Virus record (IMG/VR): IMGVR_UViG_3300021185_003351
Coordinates: 96,001-160,000 of that record
Strand: one strand, 5' to 3'
Source of the DNA: a virus
Length of the DNA: 64,000 nucleotides
The first letter of the stretch is position 1; each line of letters begins with the position of its first letter. Position numbers and translations under genes: made by a program. The notes beneath the pieces are model-generated. The model saw only the letters and a list, made by a program, of their open reading frames with translations, was not told the DNA's origin and searched no databases. This document shows positions 56,953 to 64,000 of this stretch, in pieces.

Positions 56953-57579
56953 TTGCAACCTACTGCAATACATATACCCGGTAAGTATAGAACTATAGTT
57001 ACAAAATTAAGCAATTTAATTTTAGACACTCTAATTGAAGTTCCAACTATATCTACAGAATATAATAATATTTTATTTGTAGAAGTTCGAAACTCAAATA
57101 TTCCATTACATTTTTATTTTGGTTTACAAACTAGATATGGAGAAACATATGTAAATGGAGATGCATACAATCCAACCGAGTCTACTAGCAAACAAATTCC
57201 TTATATTGAAATAACTATTCAAACTGATAATAGGAAACAAGATAGAAGTTTAATAGCTATGAAGTTACGAAATTCAATTCGACATGAGCTAGAACATTTA
57301 ACTCAAAGTGGATTAAACACATTACCAGGCAAGTATTTACCAGACGATCAAACAGCTAGATCATTAGCATCAAGAAAAGATTATTTGTTGTTAGAAAAAG
57401 AAGTTCCGGCAATGTTAAAAGGATTACATTTTCAAGCAACAAAAGAACGAAAACCTTTTAATGAAATAGTTAATAAATATTTAAATGATACATATTTATT
57501 AAAAAAAGAAATTGATGAAGTTAAATCAATTTGGATACAAAAATCTAAGGAGTTAAACCTATGGAAGAATATGACGTAG
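56953..57579 (+). CDS. HEXXH zincin-like protein
   Basis: IRHELEH.TQ, downstream E..A; start codon uncertain (TTG). Confidence 0.55.
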   Translation: MQPTAIHIPGKYRTIVTKLSNLILDTLIEVPTISTEYNNILFVEVRNSNIPLHFYFGLQTRYGETYVNGDAYNPTESTSKQIPYIEITIQTDNRKQDRSLIAMKLRNSIRHELEHLTQSGLNTLPGKYLPDDQTARSLASRKDYLLLEKEVPAMLKGLHFQATKERKPFNEIVNKYLNDTYLLKKEIDEVKSIWIQKSKELNLWKNMT

Positions 57580-57911
57580 AAAATTATCAAGATATAAAAG
57601 AATTTATACAATTCATAAAAGAATATAAAGCAGATGTAAATGAAGCTGAGTATAGAGGTAGAAAAGTTAAACTTGGAAAACCAATGCGTGGAGATGTTAA
57701 AAAGTTTAAAGTTTACGTTAAAAATCCAAAAGGAAACGTTGTTAAAGTTAATTTCGGACATGGCGGAACATCAGCAAAAAAAGCCGGACAGAAAACCATG
57801 AAGATTAGAAAAAATAATCCAGCAGCTCGTAGATCATTTAGAGCAAGGCATCGATGCGAAACACCTGGCCCTAGGCATAAAGCTAGATATTGGTCATGTA
57901 GGAAATGGTAA
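57561..57911 (+). CDS. Basic phage protein (DUF6321-like)
   Basis: KKFKVYV, V.FG, RRSFRARHRC, ARYWSCRKW. Confidence 0.6.
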   Translation: MEEYDVENYQDIKEFIQFIKEYKADVNEAEYRGRKVKLGKPMRGDVKKFKVYVKNPKGNVVKVNFGHGGTSAKKAGQKTMKIRKNNPAARRSFRARHRCETPGPRHKARYWSCRKW

Positions 57912-58148
57912 ATGAAATTAAAAGACTGCTTACCATCCAATAAGCAACCAGCTAAGTATATAGACACGCCAGATGGAAGTGTTAAGATTTGCGAATCTGG
58001 ACCTTTACCAAAAACAGATTTTATAGTAGGACCATACACAGACGCAAAAGCATCTGATAAGATTCCTGGATGGAATAAGGCAAAATATTATAAAGAATAC
58101 ATAACAAGACTGTTACCAGAGTCAATGATAAAGAAAGAGTTACCATGA
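57912..58148 (+). CDS. Hypothetical protein
   Basis: 78 aa. Confidence 0.5.
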   Translation: MKLKDCLPSNKQPAKYIDTPDGSVKICESGPLPKTDFIVGPYTDAKASDKIPGWNKAKYYKEYITRLLPESMIKKELP

Positions 58149-58297
58149 GTAAATTAGAAGACCTACTTTGGAGTGCTGAAGAGTATGGCAAAAGACCCCA
58201 AATGTTCAAAGAAATACATAAAATACGAACTGCAAATCCTGAACTTACGCTAGAACAACAATATGAACAAGCATATCAAAAAGTAATGAAAACATAG
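58145..58297 (+). CDS. Small hypothetical protein; not in ORF track
   Basis: 50 aa MSKLEDLLWSAEEYGKR...YEQAYQKVMKT; ATGA overlap. Confidence 0.55.
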   Translation: MSKLEDLLWSAEEYGKRPQMFKEIHKIRTANPELTLEQQYEQAYQKVMKT

Positions 58298-58306
58298 AAT
58301 ATTTGG

Positions 58307-58335
58307 TTGGATAATATAATTTTATTTCTTATTAT
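58307..58335 (+). promoter_or_regulatory. TTGGAT-N17-TATTAT promoter
   Basis: Intergenic, 17-nt spacer. Confidence 0.6.
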
Positions 58336-58353
58336 ATATAAAAAAATAAAGTT

Positions 58354-59496
58354 ATGAAAGACGAAATATTTGGTTCCGTTACCACAGAAGACGGTGAGTT
58401 TATAAAAGTAGTTAGTATGGATGGCAATGACATCACGCATCTATTCAGAGATGATATGATTAAGATTGCTTATAAAGAAGGCCAAGGCCTCAAATATAAT
58501 TCAACAACAGGTAGAAGTAAAAGAATTGATTTAGACGAAGTGCCAGCACCAGCACCGCCTAAACAAGAAAAAGAAATAGTCAACGACGATCCGGTATTAG
58601 CATTTATTACCAATGCTCCTTCTATTAAGCCTGATCATTTAGAAATTACAGACATTAAATGGAAGTATCTAATTAGATCAGCAGTTAGAGGTAAGAATAT
58701 CATGATGGTAGGTCCTGCAGGATCTGGTAAGACAGAAGCAGCAAAAGCATTGCCTACGGCAACTAATAGACCATTCTTTTATTTTAACTTAGGAGCAACT
58801 CAAGATCCTAGATCAACATTAATTGGTAATACGCATTTTAAGAACAACGAGACACTGTTTGATGAATCAGCATTCATAAAGGCTATTAAGACAGAAAATG
58901 CTGTAATTCTTTTAGATGAGCTGTCTAGAGCACATCCTGAAGCTTGGAATATATTAATGACTGTATTAGATGAAGGCCAAAGATATTTGAGATTAGACGA
59001 AAATATTGATGCACCATTAGTAAATGTAGCTTCAGGAGTGTCTTTTATAGCTACGGCAAATATTGGAACAGAATATACATCTACTAGAGTATTAGATAGA
59101 GCATTATTAGATAGGTTCGAAGTTATTGAAGTAGATATATTATCTAAAGAAAGAGAGCATGTTCTTTTAAGTAAAAGATTTGGCAACAAAGTTGAGGATT
59201 CATTATTAGAATCAGTAGCAGATATTGCAGATGTAACTAGAAAAGAATGGAAGTCTGATGAAGGAAAGCTTAGCACAATGATATCGACACGTATGACAGT
59301 TAGAATATGTGAGTTATTAGCAGATGGATTTACATTAGAAGAAGCTTCTGAAGTAGGTATATTACCATTCTTTGATGCATCTGGCGGAGGAGACTCTGAA
59401 AGATTGTTTGTTAAGCAAGTTATTCAGAAACATTTAGGTACCGCAGAAGAAGATATCTTTAATGTTGGAGAAGAAAAAGTAGAAGCCGAATATTAA
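58354..59496 (+). CDS. MoxR/CbbQ/CobS-type AAA+ ATPase
   Basis: GPAGSGKT, LLDELSRA, ATANIG, DRALLDRF, ISTR. Confidence 0.88.
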   Translation: MKDEIFGSVTTEDGEFIKVVSMDGNDITHLFRDDMIKIAYKEGQGLKYNSTTGRSKRIDLDEVPAPAPPKQEKEIVNDDPVLAFITNAPSIKPDHLEITDIKWKYLIRSAVRGKNIMMVGPAGSGKTEAAKALPTATNRPFFYFNLGATQDPRSTLIGNTHFKNNETLFDESAFIKAIKTENAVILLDELSRAHPEAWNILMTVLDEGQRYLRLDENIDAPLVNVASGVSFIATANIGTEYTSTRVLDRALLDRFEVIEVDILSKEREHVLLSKRFGNKVEDSLLESVADIADVTRKEWKSDEGKLSTMISTRMTVRICELLADGFTLEEASEVGILPFFDASGGGDSERLFVKQVIQKHLGTAEEDIFNVGEEKVEAEY

Positions 59497-59536
59497 AATA
59501 TTGCAGCTATGCATTAAATAGCATCTTTCATATCTT

Positions 59537-59574
59537 AAAGGGAGTTAGACATGCGTAGGCATTAGCTCCCTTTT
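59537..59574 (+). terminator. Stable hairpin (terminator-like) after the AAA gene
   Basis: AAAGGGAGTTA pairs with TAGCTCCCTTT; inner ATGC-GTAG-GCAT; ends in TTTT. Confidence 0.6.
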
Positions 59575-59582
59575 AAAGTATT

Positions 59583-59932
59583 GTTGGGTTCTTTGACATA
59601 AATAAGAAAGGAAGCATATGGAAACAAATATGTTAATAGGAATCCTTATCGGATCCAGTGCTGTAGCTTTATTGGCATTTTTTGCTTATAGGGTAAAGAC
59701 ATCTTTTGATAGGGTGAATAGAAATCACGAAGATCTAAACTCAGATGTATTTAGTAGTTTAGAACAATTGAAAAATCAAGTTGATCAAATGATAGATAAC
59801 ATTGATAGATCATTAAACGATAGAATCGATGATGTACATAGAACAATGGATTCTAGATTTGATAAAACAGAATCAAGAATAATATCACAAGTACAAAAGA
59901 AAAATAAATAAATAATCTTCAAAGAACCCAAC
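59583..59932. repeat. 14-bp perfect inverted repeat bracketing ORF 59618-59911
   Basis: GTTGGGTTCTTTGA (59583-59596) is the reverse complement of TCAAAGAACCCAAC (59919-59932). Confidence 0.85.
59618..59911 (+). CDS. N-terminally anchored membrane protein with coiled coil
   Basis: TM residues ~6-24; repeated ID/MD-R heptads. Confidence 0.65.
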   Translation: METNMLIGILIGSSAVALLAFFAYRVKTSFDRVNRNHEDLNSDVFSSLEQLKNQVDQMIDNIDRSLNDRIDDVHRTMDSRFDKTESRIISQVQKKNK

Positions 59933-59939
59933 TTTTTTC

Positions 59940-59968
59940 TTGGATAAATGAATTAGTTTTCTTATTAT
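59940..59968 (+). promoter_or_regulatory. TTGGAT-N17-TATTAT promoter
   Basis: Intergenic, 17-nt spacer. Confidence 0.6.
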
Positions 59969-59985
59969 ATATAAAAGAGATATTT

Positions 59986-61950
59986 ATGAAAAAGATACGC
60001 ATTAGAAAGGCATTAGCCAATCCAGTTAAGACATATGAAGAGTCGGCATCTAGTTATTGGTTTGATGATATTGATACTGATTTTACTTATGAAGTCAACA
60101 ACAAGAAACAAGTTGATTACACTAAGTTAGCTTCTGCTCAACGAGCCATTGGCAATTTTGTTAGCATTGTTACAGGTAAACAAATTCCAGTTCATTTTCA
60201 AAATAATGATCAAAGTTATACAGATGGTCGATCTGTTACTATAGGATCTAAAATAGAAGATAATAACTTTGATGCAACTGTAGGACTAGCATTACATGAA
60301 GGCTCTCATATAGCATTAACTAATTTCAAATTATTAGATGGATGTTATATTGGAAGTAGCTTTCATAGTTATATTGCTATGAGAGGTGGAGACCCGGATA
60401 TGAATATGGTTGAGTCTGATATAATGCAAGTAAAAGATTTATTTAATTGGATAGAAGACAGAAGAATTGATTATCATGTATATACAAATGCACCAGGATA
60501 TAGAAAATATTATGAGTCAATGTACGAAAAGTATTTTAATTCTGCTATTGTTGATAAAGCATTACAATCAGAAGAAAAGACAGATGAAGATTGGGATTCA
60601 TATATGTTTAGGATTATTAACTTAACTAACCCTAATAGAAAAATAGATGCATTAGAAGTATTGCCAATTGTATGGAAAACAATCGATTTGAAAAATATCA
60701 AGAGACTTAAAACTTCAGAAGATGCATTGAATATAGCAATTGAAGTTTATAAAATAGTTTCTAAACAAGTTAAAGGATCTGCTTCAAAACAGCAACAAGA
60801 TAAATCTAATAAGACGTCAAGCAAACCGCAATCAAAGACCAAGTCTATTGTTAACAGTAAGCTTTCTAATAGACAACAAGAAAGATTAAGAAAACAAATA
60901 CAAAAGCAAAAAGAATTTGTTAATGGTAAGCCTAAAAAAGTTGGGAAACTTTCAAAGAAAGACAATGCAATTGTTAAAAGCTTAAAAGAGTCTGGTACTG
61001 AAAGTAATCCGGTTAATACAGGTAAGTTTGGCTCTCATATGTATAATGTAGATGCAATTGTTATCAAAAAAATGACTCACTCAGTTATGTGTCATATGGA
61101 ATCTATATTTGATTCGAGAGGATTAAAAGAAAATAGAGAACCTAAAAGTTGGTATGGTCCTGGTGACGGAATACAGAAAGGTATTATATTAGGCAAACAA
61201 TTGGGAAAGAAATTGCAATTGAGAAATGAAGAGAAGTCATTGAAGTCTACAAGATTAAATACAGGCAAAATTGATAGAAGATTGATATCCCAATTAGGAT
61301 TCCAAAATGCTAATGTGTTTCATAGAATTGTAACCGATAGATATAAAAATTTCTTTATACATATTTCAATTGATGCCTCCGGGTCAATGGGCGGCAGAAG
61401 ATTTCGAAACGCTATTAAGTCCGCAGTAGCAATTGCTCAAGCAGCATCTATGACAACAGGCATTAGAGTTCAAATATCTTTGAGAGGCACAAGTAATTTA
61501 GAAGGTAATTCAGAAAAAACAGTTACAGTGTATACATATGATAGCGCAGTAGATAAAATGTCTAAGATAAAAAAATATTTTCCATATCTGCAAACATTTG
61601 GATGTACACCAGAAGGGCTATCTTTTAAAAGTATTCTTCCATATATCAAAGCTGATGCTAAAGGAGATGAGTGTATATTTATTAACTATTCAGATGGAGC
61701 TCCTAGTTCAGTAACCGGATGTGCGTATACATATAATGGAATTGACTTTACTAGAAAAGTTATTAATGAAATGAAAGAAATAGGTATTAATGTGTTATCA
61801 TATTTTATTGATGGACGATCGGAAGGTTGGTGTGCAGATGCATTTAGAAGAATGTATGGCAATAATGCAGAATTCATAGATACCAGTAACCTTACTCAAA
61901 TTTCAAAGTCAATTAATAAGAAGTTTTTAGAAATATCAGAAACAATATAA
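59986..61950 (+). CDS. HEXXH + VWA domain protein (CobT-like partner of the AAA ATPase)
   Basis: TDG, LHEGSH, N.IED.RI; MIDAS DASGSM, TPE, SDG.P. Confidence 0.85.
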   Translation: MKKIRIRKALANPVKTYEESASSYWFDDIDTDFTYEVNNKKQVDYTKLASAQRAIGNFVSIVTGKQIPVHFQNNDQSYTDGRSVTIGSKIEDNNFDATVGLALHEGSHIALTNFKLLDGCYIGSSFHSYIAMRGGDPDMNMVESDIMQVKDLFNWIEDRRIDYHVYTNAPGYRKYYESMYEKYFNSAIVDKALQSEEKTDEDWDSYMFRIINLTNPNRKIDALEVLPIVWKTIDLKNIKRLKTSEDALNIAIEVYKIVSKQVKGSASKQQQDKSNKTSSKPQSKTKSIVNSKLSNRQQERLRKQIQKQKEFVNGKPKKVGKLSKKDNAIVKSLKESGTESNPVNTGKFGSHMYNVDAIVIKKMTHSVMCHMESIFDSRGLKENREPKSWYGPGDGIQKGIILGKQLGKKLQLRNEEKSLKSTRLNTGKIDRRLISQLGFQNANVFHRIVTDRYKNFFIHISIDASGSMGGRRFRNAIKSAVAIAQAASMTTGIRVQISLRGTSNLEGNSEKTVTVYTYDSAVDKMSKIKKYFPYLQTFGCTPEGLSFKSILPYIKADAKGDECIFINYSDGAPSSVTGCAYTYNGIDFTRKVINEMKEIGINVLSYFIDGRSEGWCADAFRRMYGNNAEFIDTSNLTQISKSINKKFLEISETI

Positions 61951-61951
61951 A

Positions 61952-62242
61952 ATGATAAAAAAAGAATGGTTTTGGATGTCGACCTATAAAAGACAAAAAG
62001 AAGATCATTGCCATTATTCGGGACTACCATCCCCAATGGCATATAAAAATAAACAAGATAAAATAACAATTATGAAAAAATCAATTTTAAAATGGTACCC
62101 AATTGGTATCGCTTTTATTTGCCTACTATATTCAGTAGGATTAGGATTATATGGTAACACAGCTGAAGCTATGTACTCAGCACATTGGCCAGGAACAATA
62201 TTATTATTTAGCATAGCAATTAATCAAATTAAAAGACAATGA
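61952..62242 (+). CDS. Hypothetical membrane protein
   Basis: Two C-terminal hydrophobic helices; CHYSGLPSP motif. Confidence 0.5.
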   Translation: MIKKEWFWMSTYKRQKEDHCHYSGLPSPMAYKNKQDKITIMKKSILKWYPIGIAFICLLYSVGLGLYGNTAEAMYSAHWPGTILLFSIAINQIKRQ

Positions 62243-62490
62243 GTATAGTGTTTTTCGGAGTTGGTTTTTTATTGTTTTCAGTTTATTTAATATTTCTTAT
62301 TTGGAATATAATACATAATGGAAATAAACAACAAGAAGAAAATTACCCAACATTACAGGATAGTGTAATAGACATGGATGGTATAGGCAATCAAGGGCGT
62401 ATACCTACTCACACAACAATTAGAACTAAAAAAAGAAAAACTAAATCTTATGGTAACAAAGAGAGAACAAAAGGATGGAAGAGTAATTAA
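62239..62490 (+). CDS. Hypothetical single-TM protein
   Basis: N-terminal TM, DMDG.GNQGR. Confidence 0.5.
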   Translation: MSIVFFGVGFLLFSVYLIFLIWNIIHNGNKQQEENYPTLQDSVIDMDGIGNQGRIPTHTTIRTKKRKTKSYGNKERTKGWKSN

Positions 62491-62992
62491 TCTTCCAGTA
62501 TATGTTAGTAATCATATAACAGACGAAATGATTAGATTGTTTCTAGAAACCGGAAAGGCAATGTCGGTAAATGCCGGAAGAATATCAGAGCAAGTAGTAC
62601 TACCGTATTTAGAAACTCATTTTAAATGTAAAGGAGAAGTAGTTGATGCAGATGGATATGATCATTTATTTGTTAATGGTATTAAAAATGAACATAAAAA
62701 ATTAGTTATAACTGGCACTAAGACAACAGCTATGGCAAAGAGATTAGGAAAGAATAAAGAAGGAAAGTGTGACACTATCTCATTTCATCATCCAGCACAG
62801 AATGCTATATATGTTATAAATGCAGAAACGTTTTATAAACATGTATCATTGAATCGTGATAAATATTGTAATACATATGACGTAATGTTTTATCGTGATA
62901 TGCAATTAGAAGGCAAAGGTAAACGAAAAGAAAGTTATACAAGAAATAATACAGAAATGTTATTGAAGTATGCAACTAAATTAGAATTATAA
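62450..62992 (+). CDS. Hypothetical protein, possible PD-(D/E)XK nuclease
   Basis: G.ISE...DGYD...EHK spacing. Confidence 0.4.
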   Translation: MVTKREQKDGRVINLPVYVSNHITDEMIRLFLETGKAMSVNAGRISEQVVLPYLETHFKCKGEVVDADGYDHLFVNGIKNEHKKLVITGTKTTAMAKRLGKNKEGKCDTISFHHPAQNAIYVINAETFYKHVSLNRDKYCNTYDVMFYRDMQLEGKGKRKESYTRNNTEMLLKYATKLEL

Positions 62993-62994
62993 TT

Positions 62995-63156
62995 ATGGAA
63001 GAACCATCACTTTTAGCTTATATATTAGTATTAACATTAGTAGGAATAGTATGCAGCGGAGTATTATTAATAATGTTTCTAATGTCAGAGTATCTTAGTA
63101 AACTTATAAGGAACAGAAAAAAGCGTAAAACGGTTTGGAAATTTCCAAAAGAATAA
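62995..63156 (+). CDS. Small single-TM protein; not in ORF track
   Basis: 53 aa MEEPSLLAYILVLTLVGIVC...RKKRKTVWKFPKE. Confidence 0.45.
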   Translation: MEEPSLLAYILVLTLVGIVCSGVLLIMFLMSEYLSKLIRNRKKRKTVWKFPKE

Positions 63157-63163
63157 TTATAAT
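63135..63163 (+). promoter_or_regulatory. TTGGAA-N17-TATAAT promoter
   Basis: One-mismatch variant, 17-nt spacer. Confidence 0.55.
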
Positions 63164-63171
63164 ATATATAT

Positions 63172-63429
63172 ATGGAAACAGAACAAATAGAAGTTAATGA
63201 ATTGATAGCCAGGAGAGTACCTCCGGGAGATAACTGGATATTAGTAGCAGATGAAACCGATACAGTACATCCAACATTGACTGATACATTAGAAGTTTGG
63301 TTTAGTATGTCCGGTGAAAAAGTAGAATTTAGACTAGCTCCATTAGATAGTAAATTATATGCTATTAGATACGAGCAAAAGCAAATAGAACAACCTAAAC
63401 CTAAAAAGTTTAATTTATATGGGGAATAA
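63172..63429 (+). CDS. Hypothetical protein
   Basis: 85 aa, downstream of the promoter. Confidence 0.55.
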   Translation: METEQIEVNELIARRVPPGDNWILVADETDTVHPTLTDTLEVWFSMSGEKVEFRLAPLDSKLYAIRYEQKQIEQPKPKKFNLYGE

Positions 63430-63613
63430 AATACGTAATAAATTACATCAGTATTTAAGAAAACAACGCCATGAAGCATATATACTAAATAGAATAGTAG
63501 AGTTAAGAAATCAAATATGTCGACAAGCTTGTATGTATGGCACAGTCGACGAAATAACTAGAACAGTGTATTTAAAATATAATAAGCGTTTAAGTGAATT
63601 ACAAAATAAATAA
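63419..63613 (+). CDS. Hypothetical protein
   Basis: 64 aa, overlapping. Confidence 0.4.
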   Translation: MGNKIRNKLHQYLRKQRHEAYILNRIVELRNQICRQACMYGTVDEITRTVYLKYNKRLSELQNK

Positions 63614-63617
63614 TTAT

Positions 63618-63782
63618 ATGAAGAAATTAATAAAGATAGTAGGATTGGCATTAGCCGGATTGATGACATGGTTTTCTCCTGTACAGATGGCTAACTCCGG
63701 GATTTGTTGCGTAGCTTGTGCTATGAAAAAAGAAGAAGAAGTTAAAATTGAATACGTAAAAGAAGAGGATACAAAAGAATGA
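63618..63782 (+). CDS. Small hypothetical protein with CCVAC motif
   Basis: ATG at 63618; hydrophobic N-terminus. Confidence 0.4.
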   Translation: MKKLIKIVGLALAGLMTWFSPVQMANSGICCVACAMKKEEEVKIEYVKEEDTKE

Positions 63783-64000
63783 AACAACTATTAACTGAAA
63801 AAGAAATAGACATACAAAGTAAAATTATAGCAAAACAAATTAATGATAAGCATAGAGACGACAAGACTCCAGTAGTATTTGTTGGATTACTTAATGGATG
63901 TTTTATGTTTTATTCTGATTTTATAAAAAATCTTTCAATTGATATAGAATGTGATTTTATGCGAGTAAAGTCTTATATATCAAAAAAGAAACAAGGAGAT
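63779..64000 (+). CDS. hpt: Hypoxanthine(-guanine) phosphoribosyltransferase, N-terminal part (runs off the right edge); not in ORF track
   Basis: MKQLLTEKEI...IAKQIN...VFVGLLNGCFMFYSDF...ECDFMRVKSY. Confidence 0.8.
   Translation, partial: MKQLLTEKEIDIQSKIIAKQINDKHRDDKTPVVFVGLLNGCFMFYSDFIKNLSIDIECDFMRVKSYISKKKQGD

Noticed and set aside
59497-59617. tRNA in the structured intergenic gap
   Set aside because: Hairpins are present but no cloverleaf, T-loop GTTCRA in context or CCA end; no tRNA recognised anywhere in the window by eye.
1507-63479. All minus-strand ORFs and nested short plus-strand ORFs in the track
   Set aside because: They lie antisense to or inside well-supported + strand genes and show no motifs; they are shadow ORFs.
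1-64000. Stop-codon reassignment (seen in some large Bacteroidota phages)
   Set aside because: Core genes are full length in the standard code, and TAA, TGA and TAG all end genes at sensible positions.

Overview
AT-rich, very gene-dense segment of a large lytic dsDNA phage with T4-like replication genes. Essentially all genes are on the + strand and many are coupled by TAATG/ATGA overlaps. The host is probably a member of the Bacteroidota (Flavobacteriia-like): evidence is a type IX secretion C-terminal domain, Gln at +1 after four signal peptides, a Bacteroidota-type ClpS and mostly SD-less A-rich starts. From left to right: putative head-internal proteins; replication/recombination core (SSB, UvsX, 5'-3' exonuclease, helicase, NrdJ); folE-queD-queE; groES, phoH, uvsE; PolB; a cassette of unknown ORF + DpdL-like T-fold protein + GT-B glycosyltransferase + DpdA-like transglycosylase; clamp, dUTPase, clamp loaders; a ~14 kb, 18-gene glycan-synthesis locus; endolysin/holin followed by a repeat-rich T9SS cargo protein, an outer-membrane barrel and a redox-dead thioredoxin; more leader-bearing virion-type proteins; ClpS; three tandem LamG lectins; a MoxR AAA/VWA pair split by a mini-gene bracketed by inverted repeats; and a truncated hpt. 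Two recurrent promoter motifs are visible (TTGGAT-N17-TATAAT and ATATTTATA). Best candidates for new biology: (1) a QueC-less 7-deazaguanine DNA-modification pathway with an embedded glycosyltransferase, and (2) a phage-encoded T9SS surface-display module. All family calls come from motif recognition by eye; no database searches were run.
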